From assembly GCA_051294905.1 (NCBI GenBank), contig CM119371.1, forward strand, positions 12,402,001-12,466,000: a stretch of DNA of 64,000 bases, given 5' to 3'. Both the position numbers and the translations under genes were made by a program. Shown here one piece after another: positions 1-11,425 of the stretch (positions are counted from its first letter, which is position 1; each line of letters starts with the position of its first letter). The stretch comes from Botryllus schlosseri. Taxonomy: Eukaryota. Below the pieces are notes generated by a model. It ran no database searches and was not told where the DNA came from. It saw nothing but the letters and a program-made list of their open reading frames with translations.

Positions 1-934
1 CATCGACGACCACTCATAAATAGCTTATAGAGAATTAACGAATTCACGTCTACATACTATCTGATAGAAGACCTACGAATTCACGTATAGCTAGATACAA
101 GCTGGTAAAGAATCAACAGATAAACGCTTATGTAGAGGTACAGTTTTGCTTTCACATCATATCAGGTGGTTGACCAGAAAAAATGTCAACTTTCCTGCTC
201 AGCTGCCGAAATAGTCGCCGGAGCGTTACTTTAGTGCTGATTTACTGTTGTCTTATTCTAATTTGCCCTACATTTACCAAAAAATTCTCAAAAATGAGGA
301 CAGAATCTAAAAAAAGAGGCTACTTCTTAAAATTGTTAGATTATCTAAAAAGAACTTAAATTTGGCTTAATTCCAACCAGTAGAAAGCAATGCTAAGAAA
401 AAATATTTTGGATTAATTACAAATAAAGACTTTCGAAATATACCGGCTACCTCATGATATTGTTAGATTGTGTAAAAATATGATTCATAGAAAATTTGGC
501 TCAATTCCAACTAGAAGAAGCGGAGTTATTAGAGTGGAATATTTTGGATATGAAAAAATAGTCGACTTACTGCTAGTATGTAATTATATTATTTGAAATC
601 ATTTCTCACTAAAAATACTCCATGTATTTTCAAATCCAAAATTTTCTCCTCTCATTTCATTGATTCCACTTTTTCAAATTAGGCCAGATTCGGTGTTCTT
701 TTTATGCAACGTAGCAATTTTATCAAGTAGCCACCCAGTAGAATAAAAAAGAAGGTATTTTTGATCGACCCTATTGTACAAATATCACACAACATTAGCC
801 ATTTATTATCATCACGTGCACAATGCACATACCTAACAAAACGTCAAACGGACGGAGGGTATTGTGTGTTTTCACAGACAGCAGATCAAATCAATGAGTT
901 ACACTTGAAAAATACTAAAGTGAAAAGGAGATTC

Positions 935-1170
935 TCATATATGTTGAGGCGGCATGGCCTTAGAATAATCCACATCCACTGGATACACGTTCCTCTGGTG
1001 CATTAGATGCAGGAATTGAAAAGCAATTTTGAGCCACACTGAAGAGCATTAGATACTCATCCATTCTAGTCGGCCAAAAATGCAAAGAATCATCGCCATC
1101 ATATCTACACATGAGCTTATCAGTCTCTTCCAAGTAGGCTACTTGACCACCTGAGTCATTTCTTTGGCTC
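935..1170 (-). pseudogene. hAT transposase C-terminal dimerisation-domain remnant
   Basis: Minus-strand translation GDDSLHFWPTRMDEYLMLFSVAQNCFSIPASNAPEERVSSGCG* fits the hAT motif DPLxFW...LAxxxLSIPASSAxxERVFSxxG; contains stops. Confidence 0.75.
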
Positions 1171-1452
1171 TAATTGGACTTTGCTTCGATTGTTTGCTTG
1201 TATAATTGAAATGTCTTGAGTACTTTGATGGCGGAGGATCTATTACCTCTTCATCACTGGATGATTTTGTACAATGCATTGCTCTTTGCTACTATGTATC
1301 ATTGTCTTTTGTTTTTACGGCGGTGCATATCTGATATCAGACGAGTGCAACGAAAGCAGTGGTGACAAATAGCGATGTCGACAGAATTCGTCACATGCGT
1401 TGATCTAACCATTGTGATTCGCAACTTTCTTCACCTTCAAGTCACATAAAAT

Positions 1453-1646
1453 AAGCCGAGTCAATGACTTGAGTCGAGTCATGCGTAATGACTCGAGTAC
1501 AAGTCGAGTCAATCCAAATATTGACTCGAGTCGAGTCGAGTCATTTTCCCATTTCAAGAAAATGACTCGAGTCAAGTCGAGTCACAAAAAAATCGTGACT
1601 CGAGTCTGACTCGAGTCGAGTCATGACTCGAGTCATTACAACCCTG
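1453..1646. mobile_element. End of a hAT-type non-autonomous element with GACTCGAGTC subterminal repeats
   Basis: Dense GACTCGAGTC/GAGTC arrays ending in TTACAACCCTG (1636-1646), the reverse complement of CAGGGTTGTAA that starts the related copy at 20184. Partner end not found. Confidence 0.7.
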
Positions 1647-1995
1647 GATTACAATAGATGAAAAATACTGAAATCTTCCTGATAGTAATACAAATTTCCA
1701 CCATTGATCACAATAACAACCTCTATCTAATATTACATTGCACTGAATTGGTTAAAACGGCACAGCACAGGAAAAAACGCGTCCTACCGACTTGAAAGTG
1801 TCAATACAATATTATGTTACAGATGTCAATACACATGACGGATACAGATTTTGTAAAATCTCTAAAGCAGTGGTTCCCAACCTTTTCGTCTTCATTCCCC
1901 ACTTTATATTTAAGCCGAGCCTTCATTCCCCACCAGGACCGTAACAGCACTTCGTCAGCCCCCCCCCCCCCAAAAAAAAAAACGTTGGTCGTGGG

Positions 1996-2475
1996 CAGAG
2001 ATGAGCATGGATTAGGATTAGGATTTGAAAAAAAAGGATTTGTGAAATTTTGTCGGAGTTGGATTGGATTAGGATTGGAGATTTTTTTCTGAACGGAATA
2101 GGATTTGGATTGGATTTACCGATTTTCTGGGAGATTGACATGTCGTGTGGCGAATAGCGACAAACTTTATTCAGATCAGTTATTAAAGTACTTAGGGTAC
2201 ACTACACTATGGTACACTCGGTGCAAATGAACATGAGAGGCGCAGCCCTATGCTGAGTTATCTTAAATCAAGAGAATCGTTGGTTGTGACAGAAAAAAAA
2301 TCCAATCCCTCCATTGCATAAATTAGCATTTTTTCTGAATTTCAAGTTGGAATCGGATTAGGATTGGACATGAACTTGAATATGAAAAAGTTATGGATTA
2401 GGATTTGGATTTGGATTTGATGCTTCGGATTTAGATTGGATTAGGACATGGAAATTCCAAATCCGCTCATCTCTG
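1996..2475. mobile_element. hAT-type MITE with GGATT subterminal repeats
   Basis: TIRs CAGAGATGAGC...GCTCATCTCTG; 8-bp TSD GTCGTGGG at 1988-1995; the right copy is GTCGTG (2476-2481) + [Polinton-like element] + GTCGTGGG (18124-18131). Confidence 0.85.
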
Positions 2476-4329
2476 GTCGTGAGTAGTATGATGGTCTGGG
2501 TTATACGCAGACCAATCCCAGAAGGCCACGTCGCCTTAATTGCCACGCCTACATTGCCACATCATCCGCCCATTGCCGCACCTATAGCACACCTATTGCC
2601 ACATCATCCATCCATTGCTATATCATCGCTGCATTGATTGCCGCATCTTGATACTTTTCTCAGATATTGTATTATGTGTATTTAGGACTAATATCATCCG
2701 TCCATATTTTTTAAACTTGATTTTATGTGTACAAGTTACGGTTTCTGTAGTTTCCACATTTTACGACTTATGATTGCTGCGTCAAAACTTACCTTGGCTA
2801 GAATCGACAGATTTTCTATTATGTGTATTTAGGACTATATATTTAAATTCCTATTCAGATTATACATAAATACGAAAACTATGATGTCTATGTAAGGTTA
2901 TATTCTCCGGATAATATTATTAATATCAAAATTCTACACATCATCACTAATTACTTAATATAAAATGCGATTTTGAGCGCTGCGACTTGATAATATGAAC
3001 CCCTACGCTTCTGATGCATGATTTTTTTTGTGATAAGGACCTAGGTAACATTCAGAGTCTGCAACGATTGTTTGGATATACATTATAGCAATACCCCACT
3101 AAACTATAGGCGGTTATATTACTCTATTGGTCAGAGATAACTCATCCGACCATAATTTTAAACTTGATTTTATGTATACAAGTTACTGTCTCTGCAGCCT
3201 CCACATTTTACGACTTATTTTCATTAGACGCAGGCAAGCGATTCTCCAGTTCCGAGCTACAGAAACAAATCACTCGCATGTGCGCGTTCCGAATAGTATT
3301 GTAGAATTTTCTAAAGTCGTAACAGCTTAGTAGCATATACGCGAATCCCAAGGTGAAAAATAATCGAACGAACTATAGCCGTAGGCGTGCGATTCGCAGG
3401 GCTTTATTTATACAAACTCTATCGATGCCTGTACGCGAACCCCTGCGTTAAAACGATTAGGTCTAATTACCACGTTCTGAAGCCGAAAATTTAGTCAACA
3501 TCATTGAGATAGCCATGATTTGAAGATGGTGATCGAGTGTGACAATAGCACTCGCCAAGGTTAGACAAACATAACCTTAAACTACTCTCTACTTCACAAA
3601 ATATAAAGTTATAAAAGTAAGCAGATTTCTATGAAAACCCGTGAAATAGAAGTAAAAGTAGCCTAGAAACATAACTACTTAATGAAAAATCGTGATTCTT
3701 GAAGTGACCACATTTCATACGATTCAGTCCTTTTCATGTCACTAGAATAAGGGTGATTAAACCAACAGTGAAACGCCGCCGGCGTCTTATAACGTAATAA
3801 TGTAAGCTGCGTCGGGTGCTGCTATAATGTTAGGAGCGAATATAGTAGAAAGTCCGCGTCTGGACACCTGTAAGCAAGTGCGCATACTACCGTAGTAAAC
3901 GCATAACAGAATTCATGCAAAAGTCTATATTGCTTTGTGGTGATTTTGATGTTGTTCCATACCGATTGGGAAGATAGGACTCCTAATTTCCTTATCCCGG
4001 AACGTAGCAAGAAAAATCGTATAAATTTTGTAAAGTAGATAGAAAACTACACTTTTCCGATGCAGTAAAGACTCTTACACGCTGGATTTTGTGCAGTATA
4101 TACTAATTTTACATTGCGGAGTATTCCATAAACGTTAATCCAGTGACCCTCCTTCTATTTTCAATCACGATCCGCTTATTATTCTAGGCTTCGAACCCCA
4201 CACCCAGTACGTTTTATGGGGATTAATATTTTTAGATTAAATATAGGGTATCGAGACTTCGTGAAACTTACTCGGAAATAGTTATTTCTACCCTAATTTA
4301 ATAGATTTCTCAGATATCGTAGCAACGGA

Positions 4330-4412
4330 ACTGGCTTCAGCCAGCGGTTAAGGCGTTGGACTTAAGTTTCAATGAACAAGTGTTCACATAGGTTCGAATC
4401 CCACACCCACTA
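4330..4412 (+). pseudogene. tRNA-Leu(UAA)-derived sequence
   Basis: GCGGTTAAGGCG-TTGGA-CTTAAGT-TTCAA anticodon arm, long variable arm TGAAC/GTTCA, GGTTCGAATCC T-loop; acceptor, D and T stems mismatched. Confidence 0.75.
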
Positions 4413-5551
4413 CGTTTACGAGAATTAATATTTTTAGATTCAAATTTAGCGTATTGAGTACTTTTTCTGCCTTTTTCAGTGCATTAGAGACGCTTACACT
4501 ATTGATTTCGTGAGCTTTACTTAAGTTTTATAAATTAACGTAAAAGTAGCCATTTCCGAGTAAGTAAAACGTTCGTATTGTAGGTTCATTTCTGCTTAAT
4601 ACTATAATCATCATGGAGTTGAAGCAGTCCAATATCAAAAACACCCGAAAGTATTTGTTGCATATAGCTAAAAACCTAATTGAGTACTCTGAAGAAGTAC
4701 AAGTAGCACAGTCTGTGGTATTTCTATGACATCGAAATTTAGCTAACCAGAACTTATACTTGAGTACTCCGAAATGTACAAGTACTTTACCTTTACACGA
4801 CGTTTCTGTAAAATGAATACTGATTTTATTAAAAAATAAAAAAGCACGAAAAATTACATTTTATCCCAAACCATCAGAATACTAAAGTAGCTTATCGCGT
4901 ATATGGACCTAAAGTGTTTATGATTTCAGTTCGCTTCAACTTCATGACATTTTCAGTATTAAACAGAAGTATAGGCCTAGAATGCTAACTTTCTTCGTAA
5001 ATTGCTACTTCTGCCTTAATTTAACGGATATATCTGAGATCATTGCTTTACTTAATCTCTCCAAAATGTGCATTTTACTAGTACGTCACCATCGAATCCC
5101 TCTGGCTATAACTACCCGATAGTATAATTGAGCCAAATACTCGAGTACTAATTTTAAAGTAGCTTAGGTATCTAAATGAACCAACGGTCAGTAAACCATT
5201 TCGAAGTGCAAGTACAGGAATATCATAGTTCTTGAACCGTGCTCAAATTTTGTAAAGTAGATAGAAAACTACACTATTCCGATGCAGTAAAGACTCTTAC
5301 ACGCTGGATTTTGTGCAGTATATACTAATTTTACATTGCGGAGTATTCCATAAACGTTAATCCAGTGATCCTCCTTCTATTTTCAATCACGATCCGCTTA
5401 TTATTCTAGGCTTCGAACCCCACACCCAGTACGTTTTATGGGGATTAATATTTTTAGATTAAATATAGCGTATCGAGACTTCGTGAAACTTACTCGGAAA
5501 TAGTTATTTCTACCCTAATTTAATAGATTTCTCAGATATCGTAGCAACGGA

Positions 5552-5634
5552 ACTGGCTTCAGCGAGCGGTTAAGGCGTTGGACTTAAGTTTCAATGAACA
5601 AGTGTTCACATAGGTTCGAATCCCACACCCACTA
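5552..5634 (+). pseudogene. tRNA-Leu(UAA)-derived sequence (tandem copy)
   Basis: Same as 4330-4412 but with GCGAGCGG in the D-arm region. Confidence 0.75.
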
Positions 5635-8310
5635 CGTTTACGAGAATTATTATTTTTAGATTCAAATTTAGCGTATTGAGTACTTTTTCTGCCTTTTTCA
5701 GCGCATTAGAGACGTTTACACTATTGATTTCGTGAGCTTTACTTAAGTTTTATAAATTAACGTAAAAGTAGCCATTTCCGAGTAAGTAAAACGTTCGTAT
5801 TGTAGGTTCATTTCTGCTTAATACTATAATTATCATGGAGTTGAAGCAGTCCAATATCAAAAACACCCGAAAGTATTTGTTGCATATAGCTAAAAACCTA
5901 ATTGAGTACTCTGAAGAAGTACAAGTAGCACAGTTTGTGGTATTTCTATGACATCGAAATTTAGCTAACCAGAACTTATACTTGAGTACTCCGAAATGTA
6001 CAAGTACTTTACCTTTACACGACGTTTCTGTAAAATGAATACTGATTTTATTAAAAAATAAAAAAGCACGAAAAATTACATTTTATCCCAAACCATCAGA
6101 ATACTAAAGTAGCTTATCGCGTATATGGACCTAATACTAAAGTGTTTATGATTTCAGTTCGCTTCAACTTCATGACATTTTCAGTATCAAACAGAAGTAT
6201 AGGCCTAGAATGCTAACTTTCTTCGTAAATTGCTACTTCTGCCTTAATTTAACGGATTTATCTGAGATCATTGCTTTACTTAATCTCTCCAAAATGTGCA
6301 TTATACTAGTACGTCACCATCGAATCCCTCTGGCTATAACTACCCGATAGTATAATTGAGCCAAATACTCGAGTACTAATTTTAAAGTAGCTTAGGTATC
6401 TAAATGAACCGACGATCAGTAAACCATTTCGAAGTGCAAGTACAGGAATATCATAGTTCTTGAACCGTGCTCAATGCTCAATAGACCATTTTTGCTATTT
6501 TTCATCGCCATAAATCATTCTGGACCGCGTAAACGCATTGTACGTTATAGATGAAACTTATGCAAATCCCCGGAACGCAACAAGAAAAATCGTATGAATT
6601 TGTAAACTACTTATTCATGACATAATAATAATTCTACTTGTACACATTTTCACATTTTATAACACTTTAAGTAGTACTTGAAAGTTTTGTCAAGTTAACA
6701 GGTTAAAAACTTATATTTGAGCACTACGAAATGTACAAGTACTTTACCTTTACACGACGTTTTGTAAAATGAATACTAATTAAAAAATAAAAAATAAAAA
6801 AGACCGAAAAATTACATGTTATCCCGGAACGCAACAAGAACAATCGTAGGAATTTGTAAACTACTTATTCGGTAAACTACTCTTTACTTCACAAAACAAA
6901 GTTACAAAAGTAAGCAGATTTATATGAAAACCCGTTAAATAGAAGTAAAAGTAATAACAATGCATCATACCAAATTTGATCGCAATTTCATGATGCAATA
7001 CCTTTAAAACTAACGCAGTTCTCTATACACTTTTGCGTAAATCTGTGTTTCGCTAGCGTAGCACGTACCTATACATAGTAAGCTTCAATAACGGAATTAC
7101 CATGCTAATAATCAAATCCCAACCCTGAAACTCGGTACGCGGTTGTAGGACATTATGAAAATACAACATACCAAATTTCATCAGACATTTCATGATGTAA
7201 CACCTTTAAAACCAACGCAGTTCTATACTGACTTTTGGCTAAATCTGTTATCCATAGCGCAGCACGTACCTATACATAGTCAACTTTAAAACGGAATTAC
7301 CATGTTAATAATCGGCTCCCCACCTTGAAACTCGGTACGCAGTTATTTTTTTCCTTACATCAAAACAACTAGAATGTGTAACTATACATTAAAATCGTTC
7401 CTAACCCTTTACACACCAGCGATAACTCGTACAAGCAACAAGTTTCGAGTATCGAGTTTTAAATAACGTGAAAGTATCACACCACAAACTGCGCTAACCT
7501 TCAAAGTTGATAAGTAAACAAGTACTTGCACTCCATCAGAATACCAAAGTAGCAGAAGTATAGACCTAGAATGCTAACTTTCTTCGTAAATACCTACTTC
7601 CAGCTTAATTTAATGGATTTATCTAACATCATTGCTTTACTTAATCTCTCCTAAATGTGCATTATACAAGTACGTCACCATCGAATCTCTCTGGCTGTAT
7701 CTATATGGCAGTATAATTGCGGCAAATACTCGAGCACTAATTTTAAAGTAGCTTAGGTATCTAAACGAGCTCCAGGACATTGTGATTATGCAGCATACCA
7801 AATTTCATCACACATTTCATGATGGAACAACTTTAAAACTAACGCAGTTCTTTAGCAACTTTTGCAAGTTTTAGAAAATATTATACCGACATCGCGACAT
7901 CTTTCAAAAACAAAACCATGATCAAAGCTTGAGAGATCATTTTTGCTATTTTTCATTGACATAAGTCATTCTGGAGTGCGAAAACGCATTGTACGATATA
8001 GATGAAACTTGAGCAAATCCTAGGATCCTCATTTTCAAAGTAGCTTAGATCTCAAAATAAGCCGGGATTTACAAATTATCTTTAGCATGAGATATATAGT
8101 GTATCTGCTCTCTAGAGTCCATATCACCTCTCGATGATAAAATTCAGCTTTACCATCTAATTCGCTTCCCAATTTATATTCTACGACACGATAACTTTCC
8201 TCCGTATGATCATTAAGGCTTCTATCTTTATTGCAGGACGGCTTTGTAGAATTCTTTGATAATACCGCTTTATACTACAATAAAGTATGGAAGGGCCTCA
8301 TTTTTCATAC

Positions 8311-8574
8311 AAGAGAAGTATATTCTTGTGTACACAATAGCGGAGCGAATATTTAAAATGTAGTAAGCAGGCCGATGGGTATTCATTGAGTTGTATAAGC
8401 ATAAAAAACATTCCCGCGCGCGCGCGTCTTAGGATTAGGTGGTAGGGTTAGGCAGGGTGTAGGAGCGCGCGGGAATGTTTTTATGCTTATACAACTCAAT
8501 GAATACCCATCGGCCTGCTTACTACATTTTAAATATTCTCTCCGCTATTGTGTACACAAGAATATACTTCTCTT
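8311..8574. mobile_element. Hairpin MITE-like element with G-rich, telomere-like loop
   Basis: ~110-bp near-perfect inverted repeats (AAGAGAAGTATATTCTTGTG...CACAAGAATATACTTCTCTT) around TTAGGATTAGGTGGTAGGGTTAGGCAGGG; no clean TSD. Confidence 0.65.
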
Positions 8575-10249
8575 AGTAACCAATTTCTCGTGAATTCCGA
8601 AACACATTGACGTGTGTTAACTTCTGGTATTACGTGATAATATCATTTTCATGTCTGATAATGTCACTTGTCAAGGTGATATAAACGTAAGCTCAAACTA
8701 CTTTGACATACACAGTCCTAAAAGTAGGTAGTTCCACCTGAAAAACCTTTCGAGTAGAGGGTAAGTTATCTACGGAAATAACCATCTATATTAGTTACTT
8801 TTAGATCCCTAATTGTACTTTTGCGCAATATTTGAGTTTTAGGAAGTACCCTTCAAAGTGAGCCTACATCTTGGATATTATCCAAAACCACATAAATTTC
8901 GCTTTGAACGAGGTATCCTTTAAAATAAGGTAGAAGTAGTCATTTCCGAGTAAGTAAAACGTTAGTACTCTAGGTCCATTTCTGTTCAATACTCTAGCTA
9001 TCATGAAGTTGATGTACTCCAATATCATAAGGACTTGAGAGTATTTGGTGCATGTAGGCAAAAAACCTACTTGGGTATTCTCACAAAGTGCGAGTACTAT
9101 ACTTAACAATTCTGAAAGTTAGCGCAGTGGTATGTTCCATTGTCATAATGTCCTACACCTGTGAACCGATCTTCAAGTTGCGCATTCAATGTTAAGCTCG
9201 GTAATTCCGTTATTAAAGTTGAGTATGCATAGGTACGTGCTACGCCCCCGCAAAAGTCGGCATGGAACTGGATTAGTTTTAAAGTTGTTCAATCATGAAA
9301 TGCGTCACAAAATTTGACATGGTGCATTGTCATAATGTCTTACATCGGTGTAGCGAGTTTCAAGGTTGGGAGTCGATTATTAACATGGTAATTCCGTTAT
9401 TAAAGTTGACTATGCATAGGTACGTGCTACGCTACGGAAAAACAGACTTAGCCAAAAGTCTGTATAGAACTGCGTTGGTTTTAAAGGTGTTACATCATGA
9501 AATGCGTGACGAAATTTGGTATGGTTCATTCTTATTATGTCCTACAACTGCGTACCAACGTTCAAGGTGAGAATTTGATGTTTAGCATACTAATTCTGTT
9601 ATTAAAATTGACTATGTATGGGTATATGCTGTGTTCACGAAAAGCAGATATGCGTAAAAGTCGGTATTCGACTGCGATAGTTTCAAAGGTGTTCCATCAT
9701 TAGATGTGTGATGATGAAATCTTGAAAAACCTCGATCTCAGCTACGCGGAGAACATTAACTTTACGCAACTCGGGACTATTATTTCGTGCGATCTAACAT
9801 ATTTGTCAGTTGTGAACTCGCGCTTGCAGTCAAAAGATTTCATTGCTATGCAGCTCAAAAACATTAAGGTCTGCGCGATTATTGCTGGGGCCGCGCATGT
9901 TGCCGAATACTATTCCAAGAAATTGACGCGTGTAAATGTGCCACGAATATAGTTGATTACGATTCCAAGAAGTCGGGGCACATCGACAATGCGAATTAGA
10001 ACATTATAAATAAAGTTGCGATGGCGATACGAATTAGAATGTTTACTTCCGACGTAAAGTAATTCACATTCTGAAAACTTCACATTTCTGTTCCCAGTAT
10101 TGTTATGTGCACAGCGAACGAGGCAGGCATCACAGGTAAGGTAGGATCCATGTATTTTTGTATCGATTTAAACTAAATTTAGCTATAATTTCTCGATGCG
10201 GTATTAGCTTACGTGGATTGTGCACGCAGATTGAATTACGTTGAGATTT

Positions 10250-11425
10250 CTCCAATAGCTAATAACGTAATAATTAGTTCTGTGCGCAGATATAATATTA
10301 ACCGGCAATATAGCCGAAGTCGCGTAAATTCGAATGTATATGCAAGTTCTCCGTTAAGGGTAGACTCTCTAGCCTCGCTTATTACTCGAATCTCGCGGTG
10401 GTTACAATATTGTGAATTAATTGAGTGGAGCTATACTGTATATTACTTATCGTCTATATTTAAATTCGGTATGCTAATGCATTGAGTTTGAAGCTAAATC
10501 GCTCCATTTCAGGTAGCGAAGAAAATGATTACTGCAGACTCGTTGACACACGCAAGCCCAGGACGACTTACAAGCGTATAATGATGGAGCAGATGGCACA
10601 GTCCTAAGGGTGCGTTATATCATTTCTCAATTATATTGAAAAAATCACCAGAGTTTCATGACTGAAGCTTTATCATTTCGAATGCTGAATAATCATATAT
10701 TACATCTATAGTAATACCTAGATCACGCTACGTCATAATTTGTGCTATTACAATATTAAGATTTAATTAAGTAGAGCTTCGCTATATTATTTACGACCTA
10801 TTTTTTTAAATTTAGCATGCTAATGCGTTGAGTTTGAAGCTACATCGTCTCATTTCATGTAGCGAAGAAAATGATCACGGCATATATTCGCGGACACATT
10901 CAAGCCCGGGACGAGTTACAAGCGTATGATGATGGAGCAAATTGCACAGCCCTAAAGGTGCGTTATATCATTTCTCAACTATTATGAAAAAATCGCCAGC
11001 GTACCGAGATTTCTCCTATATCGTACCATTTAAATAGCTATAACGTAATAATCAGTCCTGTGCGCGGCTATAATGTTAACCGGCAATATGCCCGAAGTCG
11101 CATAAATTCGAATGTATATGCAAGTTCTCTGTTAAGGGTAGACTATCTAGCCCCGCTTATTACTCGAATCTCGCTGTGGTTACAATATTATGAATTAATT
11201 AGGTAGAGCTATACTGTATATTATTTATCGTCTATACTTAAATTCGCTATGCTAATGCGTTGAGTTCGAAGCTAAATCGTTCCATTTCAGGTAGCGAAGA
11301 AAATGATTACTGCATACTCGTTGACACACGAATGCTCGGGGCGACTTACAAGCGTATAATGATGGAACAGATTGCACAGCCCTAAAGGTGCGTTATGTCA
11401 TTTCTCAAATATATTGAAAAAATCG
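10250..11425 (+). repeat. Diverged triplicated module in the spacer of element 1
   Basis: GTAGCGAAGAAAATGAT...GTGCGTTAT at 10513, 10859 and 11291, with repeated upstream flanks. Confidence 0.85.

Larger units (their letters stand above)
4023..6473 (+). repeat. Direct tandem duplication (~1.22-kb unit x2) within the left arm
   Basis: AAATTTTGTAAAGTAGATAG starts at 4023 and 5245; both units end TTGAACCGTGCTC; mirrored at ~13504-16581. Confidence 0.9.
2482..8301 (+). repeat. Left inverted arm of element 1
   Basis: Near-identical reverse complement of 11676-18123 (apart from the MITE at 15730-16348); mirrored ORFs 3127-3330/17276-17479 and 3822-4010/16594-16782; match ends at ...GGAAGGGCCTCAT. 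Confidence 0.95.

Noticed and set aside
4330..4412. Functional tRNA-Leu gene
   Set aside because: Mismatches in acceptor (ACTGGCT/ACCCACT), D and T stems; kept as pseudogene.
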